The position numbers were made by a program, and so were the translations under genes. DNA of 64,000 bases, from NCBI GenBank assembly GCA_009695045.1, contig SIBS01000002.1, forward strand, positions 26,774 to 90,773, written 5' to 3'. Every line of letters begins with the position of its first letter. The first letter of the stretch is position 1. The DNA is from Candidatus Levyibacteriota bacterium. GTDB taxonomy: Bacteria; Patescibacteriota; Microgenomatia; Levybacterales; UBA12049. The notes beneath the pieces were generated by a model that worked only from the letters and a program-made list of their open reading frames with translations, did not search any database and was not told the origin of the DNA. Positions 1 through 8,920 of the stretch are shown here, piece after piece.

Positions 1-789
1 CTAGATTATCATAAAAATTGGGATAATTATTTTATTACAAAAGCAAAACTTATTAAAAATGTAAAAATAGCAATATTAAATCGTGATGAGTTATATTTTG
101 ATAGATTGACTGAGCAAGCAAAAGGTAAAATTATTAGTTTTGGATTTTCATCAAAAGCTGAATATAATCAAAAAAAATTCCCATTAAATTTAAAAATTTT
201 AGGTGATTTTAATTTATTAAATGGTTGGGCAGCAGCAGCAGCGTGTAGTGAGGTCGGAATATCTTCAACTATAATTAAATCTGCTTTAAATAAATTTTCT
301 AGATTAAAAGGGAGAATGGAAGAAATTAAAAATAATAAAGGTCTTATGATTGTGGTAGATTTTGCTGCTACCCCTAATGGCTTAGAGCAGTCATTAAAAA
401 CTTTACGAAAAAAGACAAAGGGGAGACTTATTTCAGTTTTTGGATCAGCTGGGCAAAGAGATATTTCAAAAAGATTTTTAATGGGAAAAATTTCTGCTAA
501 ATTTGCCGATATAACGATAATAACAGCAGAAGATCCACGCGGAGAATTAAATAAGATTAATGAGCAAATTGCTAATGGCGCAAAAGAAGCAGGTGCAGAA
601 ATAAATAAAAACCTTTTTATTATTAATCGTCGTGAAAAAGCAGTAGCTTTTGCGATAAATAATATTTCGAAAATAGGAGATACAATTGGATTCTTTGGTA
701 AAGGTCATGAAGAATCAATGAATTATGATGGTAAAAAAGAAGAACTATATAGCGAATTTAATCAAATTAAAAAATCATTAAAAAAATAA
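1..789 (+). CDS. murE: UDP-MurNAc-tripeptide synthetase MurE, 5'-truncated by window edge
   Basis: Frame open from base 1 (LDYHKNWDNY...AILNRD); motifs GRME, VVDFAATP, VFGSAGQRD, EDPR, GKGHE typical of the MurE C-terminal half. Confidence 0.9.
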   Translation, partial: LDYHKNWDNYFITKAKLIKNVKIAILNRDELYFDRLTEQAKGKIISFGFSSKAEYNQKKFPLNLKILGDFNLLNGWAAAAACSEVGISSTIIKSALNKFSRLKGRMEEIKNNKGLMIVVDFAATPNGLEQSLKTLRKKTKGRLISVFGSAGQRDISKRFLMGKISAKFADITIITAEDPRGELNKINEQIANGAKEAGAEINKNLFIINRREKAVAFAINNISKIGDTIGFFGKGHEESMNYDGKKEELYSEFNQIKKSLKK

Positions 790-790
790 A

Positions 791-2209
791 ATGAAAAAAA
801 AGAGAATCCATTTTGTAGGAATTAAAGGAGTTGGCATGACCCCATTAGCTATTATTGCAAAAGAAGCAGGCTGCGATGTGACTGGTTGCGATATTGATGA
901 AGAATTTATAACAGACAAATCACTTAAAAAGGCAGGAATAAATCCACTTATTGATTTTTCTATTGACCACGTTTTAGATTGCGATATTGTTGTATCAACT
1001 GGAGCACATGGTGGCATGGAAAATGAAGAAGTTAAACATGCAATAAAATTAGGTAAAAAAGTAATTCTTCAAGGTCAAGCAGTGGGCCTATATATGGATG
1101 GTGATTTATTTGAAAAAAAATATATAAAAGGAATTTCCGTACTAGGGGCGCATGGTAAAACTACAACTACGGCAATGATAGCAACAATATTTATGCATGC
1201 AAAAAAAGATCCATCATATCTCGTAGGAACAAGCGATATATTATCTTTAGGAAATGCAGGTCATTATGGAAAAGGTCAATATTTTATTGCAGAAGCAGAT
1301 GAATATATAAATGATTCAGATTTAGAAAAAAGAGCTAAGTTTTTATGGCAGCATCCAGAAATTGCTATTATTACAAATATTGAATTTGATCATCCAGATG
1401 TATACTCCACCATAGAAGATGTAATAACTTCTTTTACAAGTTTTATCAGCGGAATAAAGGCCGGCGGCTTATTGATAGGGCATGGTGATGATCCAATAGT
1501 AAAAAAATTATTAAAAGAGTTTAATGGACGTTCAATAATCTATGGAATAGGTACTCAAAATGATTTCTTATTAAGTCGTGTAAGCGTGCATGATGGTAGA
1601 ACATATTTTTGGGTAGATAGTTCAGGAGTATCACTAGGTGAATTTATGATACAAGTAATTGGTGAACACAATGCTCTTAATGCGCTTGCCGCAATAATAT
1701 GTTCAATAGAAGCAGGAATATCAGTTGAAACAATAAAAAAAGCACTTAATCAATTTAGTGGTACTAAGAGAAGATTTGAATTTCAAGGTAAATTAAAATC
1801 TGGCGCATTTTTATATGATGATTATGCACATCATCCTACAGAAATAAAAAAAACATTAGAGGCATGTAGGCAAAATTTTCCAAAATTAAAAATTATATGC
1901 ATATTTCAACCACATACATTTTCTCGAACAAAAAAATTATTTAATGATTTTATTCATATATTTCAAATTGTTGATACATTGATACTTACTGATATTTTTT
2001 CTTCAGGAAGAGAAAAAAATGATGGCACTGTTTCTTCGAGAGATATTTATCAAGAAATGACTAGATTTTATTCGAATATAATATATCTTCCTACTCTTTC
2101 TAATGTGATAGAATATTTGGAAAAGAAACAATATGGAAAAGATGTAATTATTATTACTATGGGCGCAGGCGATGTGTACAAAATTCAAAAAAATTTAATG
2201 ATGGAGTAG
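791..2209 (+). CDS. murC: UDP-N-acetylmuramate--L-alanine ligase
   Basis: HFVGIKGVGM, GAHGKTTTT P-loop, EADE, TNIEFDHPD, DDYAHHPTEI, FQPH, MGAGDV. Confidence 0.96.
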   Translation: MKKKRIHFVGIKGVGMTPLAIIAKEAGCDVTGCDIDEEFITDKSLKKAGINPLIDFSIDHVLDCDIVVSTGAHGGMENEEVKHAIKLGKKVILQGQAVGLYMDGDLFEKKYIKGISVLGAHGKTTTTAMIATIFMHAKKDPSYLVGTSDILSLGNAGHYGKGQYFIAEADEYINDSDLEKRAKFLWQHPEIAIITNIEFDHPDVYSTIEDVITSFTSFISGIKAGGLLIGHGDDPIVKKLLKEFNGRSIIYGIGTQNDFLLSRVSVHDGRTYFWVDSSGVSLGEFMIQVIGEHNALNALAAIICSIEAGISVETIKKALNQFSGTKRRFEFQGKLKSGAFLYDDYAHHPTEIKKTLEACRQNFPKLKIICIFQPHTFSRTKKLFNDFIHIFQIVDTLILTDIFSSGREKNDGTVSSRDIYQEMTRFYSNIIYLPTLSNVIEYLEKKQYGKDVIIITMGAGDVYKIQKNLMME

Positions 2210-2212
2210 TAT

Positions 2213-3190
2213 ATGGATAAACAATACAATAAGCTAATTAAGGAGTTCGGAGAAACTAATCTGAAAATAAATGAACCAATGAATGAGCATACATCATTCA
2301 AAATCGGAGGATCAGCTCAATATTATCTAACTGTCGATAAGATAGAAGATTTAATAAAAGCAGTTGTTGTTGCTAATGATTTAAGCATCCCCTATTTAAT
2401 AATTGGGGGAGGAACCAACATGATAGTTTCTGATAATGGTATTAAAGGTCTTGTAATTAAAAATAATTGTCGGGCATTTAAAGTTATAGACAAAAAAGAA
2501 ATTATTGAAAATCAAGAAATAGATGAATCCGAAATATTTATTTATACTGAATCAGGCGCAATTATGAATCTATTAGTTCGTTTTGCAATAGATCAGGGAT
2601 TAAGTGGTTTAGAATATCAACTTGGTCTTCCTGGAACCATAGGTGGAGGGATTTATATGAATTCTAATTTTGCTGGTAAACAAGTATTTGTTGGAAATAA
2701 TGTATATAGTGCTACATTGCTTACAAAAAGTGGGAAATTAAAAGAAGTTAATGATTCATATTTTAATTTTTCTTATGATAGGAGTATTTTACAAGATACT
2801 CATGAAACTATCTTGTCACTTGTTTTACGCTTTATTCCTGAAGATAAAAATATTTTACTTGAGAGAGCAATGGGTGCATTAGAGTATCGTAGATTAAGAA
2901 TGCCCAAGGAAATATCTACTGGCTTTACATATAGAAATATTTCTATTAATCAATCACCAAGAGATATGAGCTCAAATGATATTAAGTCAGCTATTAATTA
3001 TATTGAAGAAGCTGGCTTTGTAGGAAAAAGTATTGGGGATGTTGTGATTCATGAGCATCCTAATTTTATACTGAATATTGGTAATGCTAAGTCAAAAGAT
3101 GTAGTAAAATTATTTGCAATAGTAAAGGAAAAAATTTGGAATAAATTTGGCATACAATTACTTATGGAAACACATATTACCGGTATTTAA
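2213..3190 (+). CDS. murB: UDP-N-acetylenolpyruvoylglucosamine reductase (divergent)
   Basis: HTSFKIGG, IGGGTN, GLPGTIGG..MN, HPNFILN; lies between murC and murA. Confidence 0.9.
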   Translation: MDKQYNKLIKEFGETNLKINEPMNEHTSFKIGGSAQYYLTVDKIEDLIKAVVVANDLSIPYLIIGGGTNMIVSDNGIKGLVIKNNCRAFKVIDKKEIIENQEIDESEIFIYTESGAIMNLLVRFAIDQGLSGLEYQLGLPGTIGGGIYMNSNFAGKQVFVGNNVYSATLLTKSGKLKEVNDSYFNFSYDRSILQDTHETILSLVLRFIPEDKNILLERAMGALEYRRLRMPKEISTGFTYRNISINQSPRDMSSNDIKSAINYIEEAGFVGKSIGDVVIHEHPNFILNIGNAKSKDVVKLFAIVKEKIWNKFGIQLLMETHITGI

Positions 3191-3229
3191 TTTAGCACAT
3201 GAAGATAATTATAATATTATAAATTTTTT

Positions 3230-4570
3230 ATGGATACATTTATAGTTCATGGAGGAAAAAAATTAAAAGGAGAAATTAGCGTATCTGGTGCAAAAAATGT
3301 TGCATTAAAAGTACTAGTTGCCTCATGTCTTACCGCTGATACAGTAATTATTCATAATATTCCTCATATTTCCGAAGTATCTATTATTATAAATATTATA
3401 AAATCACTTGGTGGAATAGTTGATATAGATGGTCATACTGTTAGTATTACTGTTGCTAGTGTTAATAATTTTGAAGTTCCCCTTGATAAGGCGGCTAAAA
3501 GTAGAAGTTCATCTCTGTTTATAGCTGCTTTATTAACTAGATTTGGAGAAGCAATTGTGCCAAATCCAGGTGGATGTCGTATAGGTGCTCGTCCGATAGA
3601 TCGTACAGTAGAAGGATTAAAGATATTGGGAGCTGAAATTGCTTATCATAGTGAGGATGGATATTTTCACGCAAAAATAAAAAATGGAGCCACTCGACTT
3701 CGTGGGTCTATATATAGATTTGATAAAAATTCTCATACCGGTACAGAGACATTAATTATAGCTGCTGTTTTAGCAGAGGGTAGGACAATAATTGAAAATG
3801 CTGCAGCTGAGCCTGAGGTAGATGAGCTCATCAGTCTTCTTGTTGCAATGGGCGCAAGGATTAAGCGAACGGAGTTGCGAACTATTATTATTGATGGTGT
3901 CAAGAAGCTAAATGGAGCAAGTTTTACGATTGGTCCTGATAGAAATGAAGTCATAACACTTGCTATAGCGGGTATTATTACTGGTGGAGATGTGATTATA
4001 AAAAATGTAAAAAAACAAGATATACTCGAATTTATTAAAAAAATTGAAATTGCTGGTGGCGGTTGTGAAATTGTGAAAAATGGAATTAGATTTTTTTCAA
4101 AAGGACCACTTTCTCCAACTGATATTACCACTGCTCCTTTTCCTGGTTTTATGACTGATTGGCAAAGTCCATGGGCAGTTCTTATGACGCAGGCGGAAGG
4201 CATATCCATAATACATGAGTCAGTATATGAATCACGTTTTAGTTATGTTGAAGAACTTAGGAAAATGGGTGCTCAAATAGAATTATTTAATCCAGAGGTA
4301 TTAAATCCACAAAAATTTTATAATTTTAATCTTAATGACGACAAGGAAGATAATTTTCATGCTGCAAAAATTTATGGACCTACAATTCTACATAATAGCA
4401 TAGTAACAATTTCTGATTTAAGAGCAGGAGCAACTATTGTTCTTGCGGCTCTAGCAGCAAAGGGAAAAAGCGTTATTTTCGGAGTAGATCAAATAGATAG
4501 GGGATATGAAAATTTAGAGATTCGTCTTAATCAATTAGGAGCAGATATAATTAGAGAGAAAAATGAATAA
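3230..4570 (+). CDS. murA: UDP-N-acetylglucosamine 1-carboxyvinyltransferase
   Basis: SGAKN, PGGCRIGARP (catalytic Cys), PGFMTD, DLRAGA, IDRGYE. Confidence 0.96.
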   Translation: MDTFIVHGGKKLKGEISVSGAKNVALKVLVASCLTADTVIIHNIPHISEVSIIINIIKSLGGIVDIDGHTVSITVASVNNFEVPLDKAAKSRSSSLFIAALLTRFGEAIVPNPGGCRIGARPIDRTVEGLKILGAEIAYHSEDGYFHAKIKNGATRLRGSIYRFDKNSHTGTETLIIAAVLAEGRTIIENAAAEPEVDELISLLVAMGARIKRTELRTIIIDGVKKLNGASFTIGPDRNEVITLAIAGIITGGDVIIKNVKKQDILEFIKKIEIAGGGCEIVKNGIRFFSKGPLSPTDITTAPFPGFMTDWQSPWAVLMTQAEGISIIHESVYESRFSYVEELRKMGAQIELFNPEVLNPQKFYNFNLNDDKEDNFHAAKIYGPTILHNSIVTISDLRAGATIVLAALAAKGKSVIFGVDQIDRGYENLEIRLNQLGADIIREKNE

Positions 4571-5312
4571 TAAAACTGCTGTAATCATATTGGCTGGAGG
4601 TCGTGGAAAGCGAATGCAGTCAAAAAATATAAATAAAGTAGCACTTTCCGTGGGTAATAGGCCAATGATTGTGCATATTGTTGATCTTTTTGTATCCATT
4701 GGCATAAATATAATAATAGTAGTAATTGGCTATGCTAAAAAATCTGTAATAAATGCACTTATTGATTTTCCAGTTATATTTGCAGAACAAAAAAAGCGCC
4801 TAGGCACAGCACATGCAGTTAAATGTGGCTTAAGGGAGCTTCCGGAAAATATCTCTAATGTATTAGTTTTGCAAGGTGATGATTCTGCATTTTATTCAAA
4901 AAAATTATTGCAATCACTTTTAGAAATACATCTTAAAGATAATGCAGATTTGACTTTTCTCACAATAGAAGTTGATAATCCTTATGGATTGGGTAGAATT
5001 ATTAGAGATAAATCAAATAAAATAATAGCAATTGTTGAAGAAAAAGATGCAAATGATGAGCAAAAAAAGATTAAAGAAATAAATCCAGCTTGCTATGTAT
5101 TTCGAGTAGAATTTTTGAAAAAATATATAAATAAAATTAAAAAAAGTCTTGTCACTAAAGAATATTATTTAACAACCCTTATAGATATAGCAAAGCAAAA
5201 AAATAAAATAATATCTAACGTAATGGGTGGTAATCTAATGTGGCGTGGAATTAATACAAAAGAAGAATTAGCTGAAGCAGAAAGATTATTTTTGCAGAAA
5301 AAAATAATATGA
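4563..5312 (+). CDS. GlmU-type N-terminal sugar-1-phosphate nucleotidyltransferase domain as a stand-alone protein
   Basis: ILAGGRGKRM, EQKKRLGTAHAV, GDD, PYGLGRI, IVEEKDA, EYYLT, GIN; no left-handed beta-helix attached. Confidence 0.88.
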   Translation: MNNKTAVIILAGGRGKRMQSKNINKVALSVGNRPMIVHIVDLFVSIGINIIIVVIGYAKKSVINALIDFPVIFAEQKKRLGTAHAVKCGLRELPENISNVLVLQGDDSAFYSKKLLQSLLEIHLKDNADLTFLTIEVDNPYGLGRIIRDKSNKIIAIVEEKDANDEQKKIKEINPACYVFRVEFLKKYINKIKKSLVTKEYYLTTLIDIAKQKNKIISNVMGGNLMWRGINTKEELAEAERLFLQKKII

Positions 5313-5944
5313 AATTTAATACAGAAAATTATTTTTTACTAGATAATTTTTATTATAAAGATATATTTAATAATATTGAAAATATTTGGGAAGTATTGCC
5401 AAAGCTTGAAGAGTATTTATCGTCTCTATTTATTGATGGAAAAGTTATTGGAAATTATAAAGATAAAAAAAATATTTATATAGGGGAAGGCACAGTTATT
5501 CATGAAGATGTTAATATAGAAGGACCAGTTGTCATTGGAAAAAATTGCCTTATTACGCATGGTTCTTATATTCGATCAGGATGCTTGATTGGCGATAATG
5601 TTCGAATTGGCCATGGCGTGGAAATAAAAAGATCTATATTTCTTAATAACTCAATAGTTGCGCATTTAAATTATATTGGTGATAGTATTATTGGAAATAG
5701 TGTAAATATTGCAGGTGGAGCAATGTTGGCTAATCTCCGTTTTGATAAAAAAGATGTAATACTAAGATATGGAGATAAAATAATTAGTACAGGTCTGCAA
5801 AAATTTGGAGCAATATTGGGTGATAATGTTAGCATAGGTGCTAATGCAGTTCTAAATCCAGGAACATTGCTTGGTAAAAGGGTGATTGTTTATCCGTTAC
5901 AATTTGTGAAAGGTGTTTATATAGAAAATGAGATTATTAGATAG
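5309..5944 (+). CDS. Hexapeptide-repeat acetyltransferase, GlmU C-terminal-like (archaeal-type)
   Basis: IEGPVVIGKNC, EIKRS, HLNYIGDSIIG, ANLRFD, KFGAILGD repeats; ATGA overlap with upstream gene. Confidence 0.85.
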   Translation: MKFNTENYFLLDNFYYKDIFNNIENIWEVLPKLEEYLSSLFIDGKVIGNYKDKKNIYIGEGTVIHEDVNIEGPVVIGKNCLITHGSYIRSGCLIGDNVRIGHGVEIKRSIFLNNSIVAHLNYIGDSIIGNSVNIAGGAMLANLRFDKKDVILRYGDKIISTGLQKFGAILGDNVSIGANAVLNPGTLLGKRVIVYPLQFVKGVYIENEIIR

Positions 5945-6431
5945 TGCTAAAAAAATAATGATATTGTTCGATATAGACTATACATTATTTGATACAGAAA
6001 ATTTTAAACAATCAAATCTTAAAAGTCATTTAATCTATCCAGAAGTAAAAGATGTACTTTCAAGTTTAGATAAAATTGCTGTGCTAGGAATATTATCAGA
6101 AGGGGATATTGTTTTTCAAATGAAAAAACTTAAGAGGTGTAAGATTGATAATTTTTTCTCTGATAAACATATACATATTATTTTACAAAAAAATAGTACG
6201 ATGTATGAGATTCTTGATATATATAAAAATAATAGAATATTTATAGTAGATGATAAACTTTCTTTTCTTAGAGAAATTAAATTGTATATGCCTTCACTTT
6301 TTACTATCTGGGTAAAACGAGGGCCATATGCAATGAATAGGCAATCTTTTAATGATTTTACACCAGATGCAGCTATAATAAATCTGACATTTATTAATAA
6401 TATTATTAGAGAAAGAATGGGTGTTAATTAA
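5928..6431 (+). CDS. HAD-superfamily protein
   Basis: Motif I FDIDYTLFD, motif II LSEG, motif IV IVDDK. Confidence 0.8.
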   Translation: MRLLDSAKKIMILFDIDYTLFDTENFKQSNLKSHLIYPEVKDVLSSLDKIAVLGILSEGDIVFQMKKLKRCKIDNFFSDKHIHIILQKNSTMYEILDIYKNNRIFIVDDKLSFLREIKLYMPSLFTIWVKRGPYAMNRQSFNDFTPDAAIINLTFINNIIRERMGVN

Positions 6432-6434
6432 ATT

Positions 6435-8198
6435 ATGTGTGGAATATTTGGATATATTGGTAATCAAAATAATGCAGCTGAATCCACATTGGAGGGGTTG
6501 AAATTATTAGAATATAGAGGATATGATTCTTGGGGTATTGCCGTAAAGGATGGTAAAAATATTATCGTGGAGAAACATGTGGGTAAAATTGGTCAAGCAA
6601 AAACATCTCTGCCCAAAAGCTCACTCGGAATTGGTCATACTAGATGGGCAACTCATGGTGGAGTAACTGTGGAAAATTCGCATCCACATCTAGATTGTAG
6701 GAAAGAAATTGCAGTTATTCATAATGGTATTATAGAAAATTTCAAAGATTTAAAAAATGAATTACTGGCAAAAAATCATATATTTCTGTCTGAAACAGAT
6801 ACAGAAATTTTGCCACATCTTATTGAAGAATATCTAAAGACAGAAGAATTTTCATCCGCAGTTAGGGATGCATTTAATAGATTAAAGGGTTTAAATGCTG
6901 TTGTTGTTGCATATTCGCCCTCAGAAGAGATAATTGCTGCTAAAACAGGATCACCATTAGTAGTGGGATTAGGCGTAAATGAATTTTATGTCGCATCAGA
7001 TGTTTCTGGAATAATAAATCATACTCGTAGAATATTATTTGTAGAAGATAATCAAATGGTTATTTTAGGTAAAAAATTAAAATTAATTAGTTTATCAAGC
7101 GGTGATGAGATTCAGCCAGTATTTAATGATATTGACTGGAAATTTGAGCAATCAGATAAAGGCGATTTCAAGCATTTTTTTATGAAAGAAGTAAGTGAGC
7201 AGCCAAAAGTAGTAAAAAATATAGCATTAAATTACAAAGCTGAATCGGAAAAATTGGCAGATCTTATTGATAAGGCATTTGGGACTTTTATGCTGGGATG
7301 TGGAACAGCATCTTACGCGGCATTGGCAGGGACATACCTTTTTTCTAGAATTGCAAAAAAACATATTAATTTTTCAATTGGATCTGAATTTATGTATCTT
7401 GAGGATTATTTAACGCAAAAAAGTCTTATTATTCCAATTTCTCAAAGCGGTGAAACAATTGACGTAGTTGAGCCTGTTGCAAAAGCACTGAAAAAAGGAG
7501 CTAAAATTGCAGCAATAATAAATGTATTGGGCTCTACTCTTTATAGGCAAGCAGATTATAAATTCCTACTCGGAGCAGGTCCAGAGAAAGCAGTTGTAGG
7601 AACAAAAAGTTTTATTGCAATGATTGCAATGCTAATTTTAACCGCTTATACCCTAGCTAAGAAGCAATCAAAAGGTAAAGATCTTCTTATTAAGAGTGCG
7701 GAAAATATTGAAAATATTTTAAAAGTTGATTTTATTGAAAAGATAAAAATTATTGCTGATGATTTGAAAAATAAAGAACACATTTATATTATTGGGAGAG
7801 GATTATCATATGCTACAGCAGTTGAAGCAACATTAAAAATTAAAGAAACAAGCTGTATACATGCAGAAGGTTTTGCTGGGGGAGAATTAAAGCATGGCGT
7901 AATTGCGCTTATTGAAAAAGGTACACCATGCATTGTGTTTGCTCCAAATGATGAGACCTATGATGATATTATTTCCAATGCTGAAGAAATAAATGCTCGC
8001 GGAGGATTTATTATAGGAATTGGTCCTAAAAATAATGATGTATTTGATAGATTTTTACAAACTGATGATATCGGTGAGGCCACAATGATTCCTCAAGTGG
8101 TAATCTCTCAAATTTTAGCATATCAGCTTGCTCTCAAGCGAGGCATAGAAGATCCAGATAAGCCAAGAAATCTTGCTAAAAGTGTTACAGTTAAATGA
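6435..8198 (+). CDS. glmS: Glutamine--fructose-6-phosphate transaminase
   Basis: MCGIFG, EYRGYDS, GHTRWATHG, SQSGET, GELKHG, PRNLAKSVT. Confidence 0.97.
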   Translation: MCGIFGYIGNQNNAAESTLEGLKLLEYRGYDSWGIAVKDGKNIIVEKHVGKIGQAKTSLPKSSLGIGHTRWATHGGVTVENSHPHLDCRKEIAVIHNGIIENFKDLKNELLAKNHIFLSETDTEILPHLIEEYLKTEEFSSAVRDAFNRLKGLNAVVVAYSPSEEIIAAKTGSPLVVGLGVNEFYVASDVSGIINHTRRILFVEDNQMVILGKKLKLISLSSGDEIQPVFNDIDWKFEQSDKGDFKHFFMKEVSEQPKVVKNIALNYKAESEKLADLIDKAFGTFMLGCGTASYAALAGTYLFSRIAKKHINFSIGSEFMYLEDYLTQKSLIIPISQSGETIDVVEPVAKALKKGAKIAAIINVLGSTLYRQADYKFLLGAGPEKAVVGTKSFIAMIAMLILTAYTLAKKQSKGKDLLIKSAENIENILKVDFIEKIKIIADDLKNKEHIYIIGRGLSYATAVEATLKIKETSCIHAEGFAGGELKHGVIALIEKGTPCIVFAPNDETYDDIISNAEEINARGGFIIGIGPKNNDVFDRFLQTDDIGEATMIPQVVISQILAYQLALKRGIEDPDKPRNLAKSVTVK

Positions 8199-8920
8199 AT
8201 AAAAATTCTTTAAATAAAAAAATTCTGCCTATTATTATTTTGCACGGATGGGGATTAAGCACTCTGGTTTATAAAAATATTGTAAAAATTCTGAAGAAGA
8301 GAAATCACAGAGTTTATGTATTTGATTTTCCAGGATTTGGAGAAGAACCATTAGGAAATAATAGAGTTCTAAGTGATTATGTCATTTTTTTAAAAAATTA
8401 TTTAGAAAAAAGAAAAATTAAGAAATGTATATTAATAGGTCATTCTTTTGGTGGAAGGATTGCATTAAAATTTTCAATTAAATATCCTATTAATGTTGAT
8501 AAAATTATTCTTACTGGTGTTCCGGTGATTCGTCATAATGGAATGAAGCAAATTATAGCAGGTATCATAGCTTTTTTTGGAAAAAAAATAATATGTATTT
8601 TTCCTAAGTTTTTAGAAATTTTATTTAGGAAATTACTTTATCGTTTGATTGGGGAATCGGATTATATTAGGGCAGGAAAACTTAAAGATTTGTTTACTAA
8701 TATAATTACAGAAGATATATCGGGTTATTTTCGTGATTCTATTGTTCCAATATATTTAATTTGGGGAGAGAGTGACTCAATCACACCAGTATCAGATATA
8801 TCTATTATGAAAAAAATAAGACCAAATATAAAATATATTATTATTCCCAATACTGGACATCGATTACCATATGAAAATTCATTTATTTTTGCAAATGAAT
8901 TAGAGAACTATATTCTATGA
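8195..8920 (+). CDS. Alpha/beta-fold hydrolase
   Basis: LHGWG, DFPGFG, GHSFGG nucleophile elbow, WGESD, TGH. Confidence 0.9.
   Translation: MNKNSLNKKILPIIILHGWGLSTLVYKNIVKILKKRNHRVYVFDFPGFGEEPLGNNRVLSDYVIFLKNYLEKRKIKKCILIGHSFGGRIALKFSIKYPINVDKIILTGVPVIRHNGMKQIIAGIIAFFGKKIICIFPKFLEILFRKLLYRLIGESDYIRAGKLKDLFTNIITEDISGYFRDSIVPIYLIWGESDSITPVSDISIMKKIRPNIKYIIIPNTGHRLPYENSFIFANELENYIL

Noticed and set aside
3733-4209. Antisense ORFs such as 3733-4209, 48384-48761, 50274-50636, 51081-51560 and 61691-62008
   Set aside because: Lie opposite well-conserved genes and have no recognisable motifs; expected shadows of codon bias
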